In this document: positions 1-11,510 of the stretch, piece by piece
Numbering within the stretch: the first letter of the stretch is position 1
Layout: the number at the start of each line of letters is the position of its first letter
Source of the DNA: Salisapilia sapeloensis CBS 127946
Lineage: Eukaryota > Protista > Oomycota
Direction: 5' to 3'
Length of the DNA: 48,268 nucleotides
NCBI GenBank assembly: GCA_023334545.1
Contig: JAADVB010000143.1
Coordinates: forward strand, 1 to 48,268
The notes under the pieces: model-generated
Database searches by the model: none
Told to the model about the DNA's origin: nothing
What the model saw: only the letters and a program-made list of their open reading frames with translations
Program-made: the position numbers and the translations under genes

Positions 1-398
1 GAAACCTGTCTTGGATGTCTCGATACATTCGCTAGATCGTGTGGTCACTTTCGTGTCCAGTACGAGTGCGTTTCTAAATTGAATTCAAAAGATTTTTGTG
101 ATGCTTCCGTTTCCTTTCCTCTTGTTGTTTGATGCTTGCTACTTATCTACTCTGTTGACGATACACTCACAAACTCGTATTTGGATATGAATAACTTGGC
201 AATCGTGTTGTACGTTAGTGAATGGTGGATAATCTATCTGCATCCTGCTTCGAGTTCGGTAGTGTCGAGCTTTATGCTCCAAGCAACGACAATCCGTTTT
301 CGATCCATTCTCAGATCAGCTAATTGTCAGCTTTTGTGTTCGGTCATAGCCATACTTTATTATAGTCAAAAGCCACGTACTCGAAGTACTAGAAGAGG

Positions 399-2174
399 AT
401 GGAGTCTCGCATCAGGCGATCAGCGCCTACATCGCTGCCGACCAACTATCCTGTGTCGATCATGTCCCCAAGTTCTTCTCCTCTATCCAGCTCCCCTCGT
501 TCAAAGTCGCTTAGTAAGCCGACGAGATCACGAGCTATCGTTCGCTTCTTGCAAGCGATCATGGCCTTCTCCGTTATCGTCGCCTTGTGGCAATGGTATC
601 GCCTAGAACCGATACAAAAGTCGACTCTCATGGACAAAGTCCACCTACCTCGTTTCCGAGGTCAAACTACTCCTCATCCTGTCCAAGAACAGCACTTCGA
701 AGGTGCCCATGACGGTGCTGTCCAAGAGGACATAGTTGATCAAGCACCGGAAGCTACTGCAATGGTTAATAACAAGGAGCGTTTTGATTCTGCAAAGCAT
801 AGCCCTGATCAACAGAAAGTAGTAGACATGATACGCTGGGCGTGGGATGCATATGAAAAGTATGCATACGGTCATGACTCATTAAACGTCCGTAGCTACG
901 AAGGCATGCGTGCTGAGAACGCTGATACGGCTCGTACTTTGATAGATTCGTTAGATGTTTTGTACTTGACAGGCATGTTTGACGAATTCGACCGAGCGAG
1001 TGACTGGGTTGCTGCGAATGTCGATGCTAAATTTAATCAAGTTGGCTTTGTCAACGTCTTTGAGACAACGATCAGAGCCATTGGTGGTCTATTAACGTCG
1101 TACCATCTTTCTGGAGACAAGCGAATGCTTGAGAAAGCAGATATGATCGGTGAAAAGCTATCATATGTCTTTACAGAGTACCCTGCGGGACTTCCTGCTC
1201 GAGAGTTTGACTTTTACAAGCGCAAGTCACGAGATAATCCGAATCTAGCGGAAGTAGGATCTTTGCAGCTCGAGTACAAGTACTTGGCTCGACTTACAGG
1301 GAAAAAGGAGTATTGGGACTACGTAGAACACATATCAGATCTTTTGATCGATGAAGTCAACAGCAAGTATACAAATGGATTGCTACCGAGTGCTGTGAAT
1401 ATCTATGCCGGTCGTCTCTCGAATGATAAAGTGACGATGGGTGCGCGTGGAGATAGTTACTTTGAATACCTTTTAAAACAATGGCTCTTGACGTCCAAGA
1501 CACAGAACAAGTATAAGGAACAGTATGAAATCGCTGTGCAAGGTATCTCGGACAAGATGATTGGGGAGACAGAACCGAACAAGTACAAGTTTGTGGGAGA
1601 ACTGGTGAACGGAAAGCTTGATCCGAAGATGGACCATCTTGTGTGCTTCTTCCCTGGACTCTTAGCTCTTGGCTATCATCATGGCATGCCGGAATGGCAC
1701 TTGGACTTGGCCAAAGAGCTGATGGAGACGTGCTATCAAATGTATGCGCACATGGCGACTGGGCTTGCACCGGAGATTGTCTACTTGAACACAGACGAAG
1801 GATCGGATCGGAGGGATTTGTACGTGAAGAGGAATGATGACTTTAATATTCTTCGACCAGAGACAGTAGAAAGCTTGATGGTCTTGTATCGCGTGACGAA
1901 GGACGAAAAATATCGAGAGTACGGACGAAATATCCGAAATGCGTTTGAAGATAACTGTAGATTGGACAAAGGTGGATATAGCAGTGTGCATTTCGTGAGC
2001 GAGGGGCCGGCGCAGCAGTTCTTCCGGAAAGACATGGAAAGTTTCTTCATTGCAGAGACACTCAAGTACCTGTTCCTGCTCTTTGATGACAACGACATAA
2101 TGTCTTTGGATGAATACGTTTTCAACACCGAGGCACATCCGTTTCCCATGTCTCCCTACACGTTTAACCCGTAG
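399..2174 (+). CDS. Class I alpha-1,2-mannosidase (GH47), type II membrane protein, intronless, 591 aa
   Basis: N-terminal tail and single TM (IVRFLQAIMAFSVIVALWQWY). GH47 motifs: WAWDAYEKYAYGHD, TLIDSLD, VNVFETTIRAIGGLL, LAEVGSLQLE, GARGDSYFEYLLK, MDHLVCFFPG, LRPETVESL, ESFFIAETLKY, FNTEAHP. Confidence 0.96.
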   Translation: MESRIRRSAPTSLPTNYPVSIMSPSSSPLSSSPRSKSLSKPTRSRAIVRFLQAIMAFSVIVALWQWYRLEPIQKSTLMDKVHLPRFRGQTTPHPVQEQHFEGAHDGAVQEDIVDQAPEATAMVNNKERFDSAKHSPDQQKVVDMIRWAWDAYEKYAYGHDSLNVRSYEGMRAENADTARTLIDSLDVLYLTGMFDEFDRASDWVAANVDAKFNQVGFVNVFETTIRAIGGLLTSYHLSGDKRMLEKADMIGEKLSYVFTEYPAGLPAREFDFYKRKSRDNPNLAEVGSLQLEYKYLARLTGKKEYWDYVEHISDLLIDEVNSKYTNGLLPSAVNIYAGRLSNDKVTMGARGDSYFEYLLKQWLLTSKTQNKYKEQYEIAVQGISDKMIGETEPNKYKFVGELVNGKLDPKMDHLVCFFPGLLALGYHHGMPEWHLDLAKELMETCYQMYAHMATGLAPEIVYLNTDEGSDRRDLYVKRNDDFNILRPETVESLMVLYRVTKDEKYREYGRNIRNAFEDNCRLDKGGYSSVHFVSEGPAQQFFRKDMESFFIAETLKYLFLLFDDNDIMSLDEYVFNTEAHPFPMSPYTFNP

Positions 2175-3244
2175 GTTGGAGAATAAAGCGTTCAATTGTC
2201 TTTTTCGTTTCTTGTCTGCCTTCTCCATGAACATTTGAAAATGATTTGAATGATACTTTGGCTGGATAAGCTTACAGGCCACATGAGGTGCTTTTGTGTA
2301 CTGTTACTACTGGAAAAGTATCGATGTTTTGCCGTCGAAAGAAGTCCGGAGTGTGGTCATGTACGAAGTTTTTAATATCTCAATAGACAAAAGTAATTCA
2401 AAGCCTGATTTGATTTGGAATGAATGAAAGCGGATCAGACTTTCGTATCACAGATCATTTGGCTTATATGTAAATCGTAGTACATCTAAGAAAATAAACT
2501 ATGAATCGTTTCATGCTTAAAGGTAAATTTGTACATTGCCATGAATGCAGCAAAAGACACATGAGTGTAGGAATTGAAGACATATGTGTATAAGCTAGCT
2601 CATGGGCTTTGGTACTAGCGGAATAAGCTAGAAACCGAAATAATACGTGCTGACTCGTGTCCATCAGACCTTGACATAGACACAAACAATCCGCTTGAAA
2701 CTGACTCATAAATACTTTCTGTGATAGTACAAAGCTACGTCAACTTGAAGTCGTGTACAGCCGTAAAGTATTAAATTTTCTAAGAATAGACTATCGCTAG
2801 TTGAAACAGAGCTTTTTCATCTCTCACATTTTCTCACGTATGCATTTGCAAGTTGTACTTGTCCATATCGCAATGCAGTCATCCGCGAGAGCAAATTATG
2901 TTGAAAGTATCTTAGTGGAGGTATTAACATCTTCTGAAATGTTTTCGTCCCTGACCGGGGAGATTGGACACAAAAAATGGATTTTTACACTAAGGAGAAG
3001 ATTCAGAAAGCACAGTAGCCACGAGAATTTGTGGTAACATACGCTTTTATGTAGAAATGTCTTCGATGCCTGACCCAAGTAGATGGATACAAAAGATGGA
3101 TTTCAAGGTAACAACGGAGACTCATAGTTAGATCAAGTGTCTACCTATCAATTACGCTGATACATATGCCTTAGTCATCCACTAGACACATCAAGTTTTA
3201 GCTGCAAAGTCTCTCGTCTTTTCACCACATCTATCAGAATTCAT

Positions 3245-3258
3245 TCATTTTCAATTTC
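3245..3258 (+). promoter_or_regulatory. Oomycete INR/FPR-like core promoter of the receptor kinase
   Basis: TCATTTTCAATTTC about 55 nt upstream of the ATG. One nt shorter than the CATTYYNCAWTTT consensus. Confidence 0.5.
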
Positions 3259-3310
3259 TCCCGGGCATTCTCCACTACAGTCGAGTACTGAGAGCGAAAG
3301 CTACTTCCTT

Positions 3311-5306
3311 ATGAGTGGACCAACTGTCCTCCTTATAATATTCATCAGCACACACTTCCTTCAAATAGTGCAGAGTGATGTTTGTACTGAGAAAGAGGAG
3401 ATAGAATCGATCGAAATGCAAGCTGAAGTAAACATATTCAAATATGACTTTAAGTGCGTGACCATGGAAACTTTGGCCTACGACTGCGCGACTGCATGCA
3501 CCCGAGCTTACCAGGAATTATATGAAAGCCTTTCTGATTGCGCTGTACCTTCCGAACCATTCGGGTACTTGAATCTAAAGGAACTTTACCATGCCTTCGA
3601 GCACTTGTGCATAGAAGACATTGGCAGTGGAAATGCTTCAAATTTTGAAGAGCTGGAAGGTAGCTATGCGTCTATATTCGTTTTGGGCTCGAACGATATA
3701 ACTGATCCGTTTATATGTATAGACGACTGGCAAGAACTAATATTCCCAACCTACGGATCCGTGCCGATCAATTTAAATGAGCATAGGCTACTCCAACTAG
3801 CTCAGGGTGCTGTATCTGCCCCTATTGACACATCGTCGGCTGTTTCCTCTTCAGGATCATCCATTTCTTCGGCTACAGCATCAACAGTTGTGTCCACTTC
3901 GGGATCGTTTTTCGGGACCGCTTTAGCATCGAATCTTCCTGTTCGTTTTCCACAAAGTGGCGTATCATCATCGATTTCTGACGTCATACAAACGTCAAGT
4001 TCTAGTACATTTGAGGATGATTCGTACTCCTTTCTACCTGGCCTTGACTATTCCTCATCGCTCTCTTCAGATGATTCTGATGGATCATCGCGACATAGCG
4101 ACAAATATCATTCGAAGAAAGACGATGGACCCGATATACTCATTATCATCATTCCAGTACTTCTCATTGGTCTCTTCCTAATTATTGGGGGCTTCTGGCT
4201 GTATGATCAGCACAAGCAAGATATGGCCAGAATATCCGCAGAGGAAGCGTACCAACGATATAATGTGAGTGAAAGGACGACAACAGCGACCGAGACAGTA
4301 TCCCCAGCTGTGCCTTCATCTCACGCTCAAAGTCCATCGAATGGTGCTAATGTCTATGATATCTGGAGCGACAGAGAGCTCGTGGAGAAAAAGCTAAACC
4401 ACGCAGAAATTCGAGACATAAAGGTTCTCGGCTCTGGTGCTTTCGGAGTCGTCTGGTTGGTTTCTTATTACGATAAACATTACGCATCAAAAAGACCAGC
4501 ACGCAACATCGTCGATCCGTCTGCTTTTGAAACCTTTGTCGATGAAGTGAAGCTGGTTGCAAGAATCGAGCATGCCAATATTATCGAATGCATTGGTGTC
4601 GCTTGGACAATGAGGTCGAACTTCCAAGCTCTCTTTACATATGCGTCGAACGGTGACTTGCGAGACTATCTACAGCGATCTACTACACCTCGTCACTGGA
4701 CCAAGGAAAAGCTTAGTATTGCTATTGATATTGCCGAAGCACTCGTGTATGTTCAGTCTTTCGAGCGTCCTATTGTCCACCGCGACCTCAAGTCCCGCAA
4801 TGTTCTATTATCAGAGGAGATGATCGCGAAAGTGAGTGATTTTGGCTCCGCTCGGCTCATGTCAGACAACAATACCATGACCACTCAAGCTGTTGGAACT
4901 GCTCGGGTACGTGTAGCAATCTTATACTTTTTCTTTATTTATATATTTACTAACGAATATTTTTTCTTTGATGTAGTGGCTTGCACCCGAAGTCGTAGCC
5001 GGGGAGTCTTATGACCATACTTGCGATTCGTACTCATTTGGAGCTATCTTGACCGAACTGGATACGAATGAGCTGCCTTTACATGATGTTACAGATCGAG
5101 AAGGCAAGATCCTTCCGGACTATGCACTCCTGCATCGTGTAGCCTGTCGCACGATCAAACCAAGGGTCTCTGAGAACTGTCCACAGGCGATGCGGGATCT
5201 TGTAGACCAGTGTTTGAATTTCGTACCGAGAGAGCGACCGACCGCAGTGCAAATCTCTTTCCAATTGCGTGAGATGATGAAAAATAGGAGTGTATTGAAT
5301 AACTAA
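3311..5306 (+). CDS. Receptor-like protein kinase (TKL group): signal peptide, six-Cys elicitin-like ectodomain, Ser-rich stalk, one TM; 2 exons (intron 4907..4976)
   Basis: Signal peptide; TM ILIIIIPVLLIGLFLIIGGFWLY; kinase motifs GSGAFG, ASK, DEVK, HRDLKSRN, DFG. Removing GTACGT..(TACTAAC)..TAG at 4907-4976 restores GTAR|WLAPE..DSYSFG and joins the 5049..5306 ORF (CPQAMRDLVDQCL..RERPTA). Confidence 0.92.
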
Positions 5307-5964
5307 GTGCGTACGAAATAAAGATCTACTGACTTTTGTCTGAAATGAGCAGTCAGCAATATCTGGCCCACTGCTTCGTGCAAAATAAATGAATCCATTT
5401 ATTTACTTTCCACGCCAGTATAAATATATCCCATCCAATGTAAAGTTTTAATTACAGTGCACGTAGATATGCTCTCGATCGCTCACTGGATGCAGTATCC
5501 TGCATTCATGCAGTTTCGACGTCTATATAACTGAATATATGAGATATCTCACAGCTAGTGGGAAATTATCTACGATTGCGAGTAGCTCTAGATGCGATAG
5601 AGCGGTACAAAGCGCCTTCGATAGCGTCATCGATGATGCAGATATTTCTAATGTGCACCCACTCCACTAGTACAAACGTCGAAGTATATTGCGCTAGTAG
5701 CTTCATCTACGACTACCGTTGCGCTAAACCATGACTTTGCATACGCAGACAATTTTTTGCTTTAATCACAAGCTTATGTTAGTTTTAATACAAAGTTTGC
5801 TCACTCTGTAACATTCCACTGCAGTCGCAACACTTTTTAAAAAGCTTTGGTACCAAAAGAGCAGATATAAAGCAACGAAAAGGATAAAGCTATATTCATG
5901 TTCTTGCTCCACTTGTTAGCGGTTAAAATGGATCATCCATGATCATGGTAGCGTTTAATTGTTC

Positions 5965-7313
5965 CTACTGCATTCGCTTCTTTCGTCGACACCAGCAGAA
6001 GATGAAAATAGCAGCTGCGACGATTGCAAGAAAAATCGGAAGCACAATTGCGACGACGGTATTGCCTGAAACTCCTTCACCTGAAACGCATACATGGTAT
6101 GAGGTGCCCTCAATAGTTTTGGTGCCGCCGGTATGGCAATCAAAATCATTGCTTTTCCAGTCTCCACCCAATGTCACATTTGCCTTGTTCAATATTGCCA
6201 ATAGTTCAGGCGTTACGCTTCGATCAGAAGCAGAACTATCTGTAATAACTCTAACATGAGCATCGTGAAAGCGCGTTAGTGTCATTTTAAAAGGAGAGTA
6301 TTCGCTACTCGTACAATGTTTCAAGCTTTTTCGCTGAAGCCAGAGCTTGCGGGATTCGACGGACCGATTTTCGTAGTACTCTGTGATATTAGAGTAACAT
6401 TAGTCGACTTTGTCAATAGTGGAGACAATCTTGCCTACACGATGCGAGCATTTTCCAAACTCAGGTTCCGAGGGATATCAAGGAGCGGATTGTAACTCAG
6501 ATCTCTGTTGTGCATAAAGGCATTTAGTTTCGTAAAAGCTTTACAGTCATTTACTTTGAAGCAGTCTTACATGCTATGAGCAGTCCTCAAGTAGTCTCCT
6601 TCTGGTAACTTTGTGGAGCCGCTATTCGCCATGACAAAAGTTTGGATGTCCTTATCAGCCAAAACTTTGTTCCAATCAGGCATGTTTTTTCGATAGTAAG
6701 GATCCTCGTGGATAAATCGAATGCCATCAAAATAGATGGTCTTCAGGTTTTTTCCGGATGCAATAGTCTCACTCGAGACATCTACTTTAATGCCTCGAGA
6801 ATAATGCTGCTTGGTACGACTAGCTATCATGCTGTAGAACACGGCATTAGTATTTTGACAGTCAAAAGATATAAATACAAAATGGAAAAGAATTTACAGC
6901 ATATCGATGTGATCAGGAATCCGAACATCTACATCCTTGATGCACTCTTCAGCGATCCATGGTGTAGATGGTGCCGTCGAATCGGTGTAGCCGTTTATAT
7001 TTACAGTCAAGTTGAATACGGCGCTGTTGTTGTCGAAGAGATGGAAGCACTGATATGCACAACCATCGTCGTCCGGGGATTCGCACTCTCCTGAACCGTA
7101 GGATATATTTCGCGATCGATCCTTTGCAGTGGGTTTTTCGCATCCGTTCTTTAGGAAGCTACTCTCTCCATCGTAAGCAACGCATGCATCGTAGCCCTCG
7201 CAGTGGCCATCGCAGTTAGACGAAAGCGTGTTTGTTTTAATGCTACAGTAGCAGGCTGCGACAGAGAGTAGGCAAATAAAACTCAAAGCAGTTAATCGTC
7301 TCTTCACGTACAT
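5965..7313 (-). CDS. Kinase-less LRR receptor-like protein, about 364 aa, 5 exons (introns 6832..6897, 6505..6570, 6381..6438, 6251..6314)
   Basis: Hand splicing gives an open 365-codon frame. It encodes a signal peptide, a Cys-rich N-cap, LRR-like units including IDLSYNPLLDIP on 66-nt exons, a juxtamembrane Cys pair, TM TVVAIVLPIFLAIVAAAIFIFCWC and a tail RRKKRMQ*. All four introns are GT-AG and 58-66 nt long. Confidence 0.8.
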
Positions 7314-7333
7314 CACGCGTATGTGGTCGCCGT

Positions 7334-7349
7334 CAAAATTGCAAGTGGA
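7334..7349 (-). promoter_or_regulatory. INR/FPR-like core promoter of the LRR receptor-like gene (conserved at 9753..9768 in the paralog)
   Basis: Minus strand TCCACTTGCAATTTTG; the paralog has TCCACTTGCAAATTTG at the same ~20 nt distance from its ATG. Confidence 0.55.
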
Positions 7350-7545
7350 TAAGATTTTGACACGTTCATGATCAGCTGACGAGAACAGCTTTACGTTGGT
7401 CCATATGTCAAAGTGTGTCCAACGAAGAGTAGAGAGAATCTGGTGGCATTTATGATCCCCGAATACTCGATACCGTGCATCTGAAGCCTTTGCACCTTTC
7501 TACTGTCCACACAAAGCATCGCCTACCGGCTTTTATGGACGAATC

Positions 7546-7770
7546 AACTTTATTTTTGTGGCCACGAAGGTCGCACATTGAGAGTTTATGTCGACTGATC
7601 TACCAGACGATCTGAGATGCTTTTGGTAAGATCGCACTCACCAAAGACTGGCTATTGCATTCAGGCCATAATATTTGTGACCTTTAGATGATGTAGAATT
7701 CTCCAAACAAAGCGTCTTTGAATATGTCTAGGTTGCATACAAAAACATGAAGACAAACAAATTTTATTTT
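7546..7770. repeat. Degenerate non-coding duplicated segment, copy A (copy B at ~11283..11510)
   Basis: Collinear blocks at a constant offset of 3735-3737 nt: AACTTT..TTGTGGC, CTA.CAG.C.AT.TGAGAT..TTGG, TTTAGATG..AAAGCGTCTTTG..CATACAAA. Roughly two-thirds identity by eye. Confidence 0.65.
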
Positions 7771-8618
7771 TATCTCAAATCATAATTTAAAGGGACTAGG
7801 TTTGATACGATCCATCACGTTGGATAGACAAATTCAGTTCACAATTGTCATATCCAAATGTCCATCAAGCATGAATATCACTTCAATTAAAATATTGTAG
7901 TGCTCGCTTAGGAATTTATGGTCTCCTAAACACTATACTTTTATACGGAATTGTATGTACAACTTCTACTTCCCAATTGAGACCGTGAGGAGTGTTAAGC
8001 CTACGAAAATATTGGCTCCTTTTCGTTGATTGAGGGGTCAAAATTAGAAATTATCGCTAGGTTTTAAGCGAGCAACCGCTTAAAAAGTACGCGAAATACA
8101 GCAGAAGCAAAGCCAGAGTATAAGCTTTGTTGTGAACAACTTTAAACCTCGAAATAGTATCAATTGCACTATCTTGAGTACCGACGAGCAAGACGTCTCG
8201 GATCTTATACAGCAGAGGATGATCAAGCGTCTTTATCACCGCTTGATATCATTTGACGACTACCCTTTGAAAGGTTATTACACCATAGCATGTGTTTCCG
8301 TTTGGCACTGTAAACATAGCAGCTTTTATCATATGTTGGAGTTCTAACTAACTGCCATAACTAGGCTACTTATAGGATCAGAATGCTCTACGAGACGAAC
8401 TGAAAGTCCATCTTGAAAGCCAAAACAACAAATCTCTAAAAGTTTATATCCGCAGATAGCATGAGTTGATACGAGATAGAATTTGATATTGAGGTAGATA
8501 AGCAATCGAGGAACAAGTGAAAAAGATAGCAACTGCTTTGTGCTTTTTCTACAGGTGGTAGTGGTTCGGAAAGATTGTTGTCCACACCATTGCTGCCATC
8601 CTGACGTTGCTCCTGCAT

Positions 8619-9732
8619 TCACTTCTTTTGTCGGCGTCTATAAAAGATGAATCCAGCAATTGCAATAACGACAACACAGATCGGCACGACAATCGCTGCG
8701 ATAGTTCCGCCTGGCATGCCTTCATCTAAAACGCATACCTTGCATGACGTACCCTCAATAGTGTCGACATGACCACCATCGCAGTCAAAATCATTGGTTT
8801 CCACTCTACACCTAACGTTACATCCGCCTTGTTCAAAACATCAAGCAGGTCCGATGTCACGCTTTGGTCGTGAATTCCCTTAGGCAGCAGAATTTTATAA
8901 AGTACATTCAGATTTTGTGTTAATTCTTCCTTTGCAACGAATTTATTGAAGATACAATGTTTCAAGATGCTTTGCTGTGGCGAGAGCTTCCGGAACTTAT
9001 TGTCGGATGTTTCACTTAGTATCCTGTGGAAACATAGTCACATTACGACACACCATAACGAAAGTTTGAATATCCTTGCCGGCTAAAGCTTCATTTCAAT
9101 CCGGCATATTGCTTTGCTCATCAAAAAACACTGTATGAAGTATCACATTGTCAAAGTAAATGTTCTTGAGATTCTTTCTGGATGTGAACGTTTCGTCCGT
9201 GATGTTGAAATGAACGCCTCCTTTTCCCTGCTCAACACCAACAAATTTACTTCACAGCACAACATTAGCACAGCTTAGATATAATAGAATTGAAGTACAG
9301 AAGATGATGTACGCACAGTGTGTCAATGTGATCAGGGATTTGAATATCGACGTTGTCAATGTACCCGTTAAGCGTCCATGGTGTGTCTGGTTCCATCGAG
9401 TCGTTGTATCCTCTATTGGGGACAGTCAATTCGAAGGTTGAGTTGTTGGAATCGAAGAGATGGAAACACTGGTATACACATCCAGAATTATCCGGGAACT
9501 GACACACTCCTGAGCTTTTGGATTTATTTTGATGTTTGGAAGAGGAGTCACCAGATCCGCATGCATTGTAGTAATAGTGTCTAGTTGCATCATAAACGGT
9601 GCAGGCGTCGTAGCCATCACATTGGCCCTCGCAGTTGGATGTGAGCGTGTTGGTTTCAATATTGCACTCACAGGTTGCGACAACGACTAGACAAATGCTA
9701 ATTAAAGCAGTTAATGTTCCTTTGAACGGCAT
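8619..9732 (-). pseudogene. Decayed tandem paralog of the LRR receptor-like gene
   Basis: Clear homology (TNTLTSNCEGQCDGYDAC, IPDHIDTL, KNLKNIYFD, GKDIQTFVM, TIEGTS..VCV). Lesions: in-frame TGA at 9096..9098 where the paralog has Trp (NMPD*NE vs NMPDWNK); loss of the LRR exon region; 1-nt deletion near 8800 (TGG AAA -CC AAT vs TGG AAA AGC AAT); last acceptor apparently AG>AA. Confidence 0.8.
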
Positions 9733-11282
9733 GATGCTCGTGTGGTAGTTGTCAAATTTGCAAGTGGATAGGTGCTGAAGCCCTTACATCAACTATTTGT
9801 GATATCCCTTCGTTGAATTTTGAAGTGCCCGCTGCCACAAACTTTAGGGTTGTACCTTCCGTTACTAATAGTGAGTTAGCAAAATTGACCATTTTGTGTA
9901 GTTTTGAGCGCGCAGAGCGGAGACACATCGGAGCGAAGCGAAAGTCGTGGTTGAAGTGCGAGCGCAGAGTAGGCGATTTGGGTGCGGACATCGGAGCATT
10001 GGAAAGAGACCGCGACAATTACCTGAAATAATCTTCGCTCGTGCATAAACACAGGAGGTGCTTGTTGCAGCAAGGAGTGCCTAAAATTTTCCAGCTACCT
10101 GCACTGATTGTCCACATCTACCCATACAGATGAGCCCGAGAAAATTGATCCTCTCGAACAAAATAACCTTTTGTATATAATCTCGATCTGGCCGACCGAT
10201 TTTTCTATCTTCTTTTTTGTATACCCCTTGATAAGCCTCTCTAATGTGAAACTTGGAAGTTAATAGAAATTATCTTGGTTTTTGTATGTAAGATTCTTTT
10301 TAGAGGTGTTTCAATAATTGATACTAGGTTTTTTATCGATAAGAAGAGGTCAACAGGTTTATTTTCATTGATTTTGACGCCTACAAAATCGGTCAGACTT
10401 TTCAGATTTCCACTCTGCTCAAGGAAGTAGTCATAAATGGAAGATAAAACAAGAGACAGTATGCGCTCTCGTTGGTAAATTTTGAATCAAATTTACACTT
10501 CTTTCTCTCCTCTCTTCCTTCTCTCTTCTCCTTCCTACTTCAATATTAAACTGACTAACAAGTGGAAACCTCGATCCGAGTTACGACTCCACGCTCAAAC
10601 TGAAGTCATTTTCAACAGGCTTCTTTGCTTTTTAGTCACTCCCTATCCGCGCTCTACAGTACCCCACAACCGACTTCGTACGGTTCCCAGACTTATTGCT
10701 ATCATTGTTTCTACACCCGGGTACTCCACTGTTGTGCATGGACCCCACCGTGCAGCGCTAGCCTTATATAGTGTAACTAAATGCTCATCGACCACTGCCG
10801 ATGCGTCGAAAGAGGCAAGGTATTCGCTGTCATCTTCTTCTCTTAATCATGACACCTCGGCATTGTCATATCCTTTTCTCTAACCACACATTTATAGAAA
10901 GTAATTGGAGTAACTGAACAATTAGAGTTTTAGAAGACCGATAAAGATGCACTACAGAAGATAAAGTCCTCTCCATACCGCTGACTGTGTTGTGGGAAAG
11001 CAATAGGCGACTTCCATCGTGGTAGCTTGACTTCTAGATGTCCGTAACTTTAGTATGGAACCTTAGAAATTTGATAACCCTCGGTATTTGATAGGAAATG
11101 TGTCATCCGACTAAATCGACTTTCTCAGGTTCATCTGTAGCTATCTCCAAGAGATATCACATTAAGAATGCTTTGAAGGTTACATAGCTCGACAGATTAA
11201 TGTGGATAGAATTCTCCTGAAGTGTCTATATGTATATGCTGGCCAAGCAATGGACCAAATGCTGGTACCATATGCAGAGACA

Positions 11283-11510
11283 AACTTTCATCTTGTGGCT
11301 AGTAAAGCCACAGTCTACTTCTCCTTATAGTTTGTCCTATCAGTCAATGTGAGATACCGTTGGATGAATCTTGTTTGCGAATAAAGGTGCATTTCTAAAG
11401 AGTGATAATATCCGCCCAGTTTAGATGGAATGGATGCCTAAATAAAGCGTCTTTGCCAATGCCTAAGTCTCATACAAAGAGAATAGAAAGTAAACCTTGA
11501 TTTTATCATG
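11283..11510. repeat. Degenerate non-coding duplicated segment, copy B
   Basis: Same orientation as, and collinear with, 7546..7770. Confidence 0.65.

Noticed and set aside
2175-3240. Short ORFs in the 1-kb intergenic region after the mannosidase
   Set aside because: All under 82 aa, AT-rich, non-ATG or motif-free, and with no convincing splice chain.
5460-5650. Small hairpins and palindromes between the kinase and the receptor-like gene
   Set aside because: Stems are only 6-8 bp, as expected by chance, with no recognisable ncRNA or transposon ends.
9096-9098. In-frame TGA as possible selenocysteine, readthrough or alternative genetic code
   Set aside because: It replaces Trp, not Cys, and co-occurs with a frameshift and a deletion. 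Other genes here use TGA as a normal stop.
10340-10400. Short similarity to the reverse complement of the pseudogene's TM-tail junction
   Set aside because: About 25 nt of AT-rich partial match that does not extend, so not evidence for a third inverted copy.
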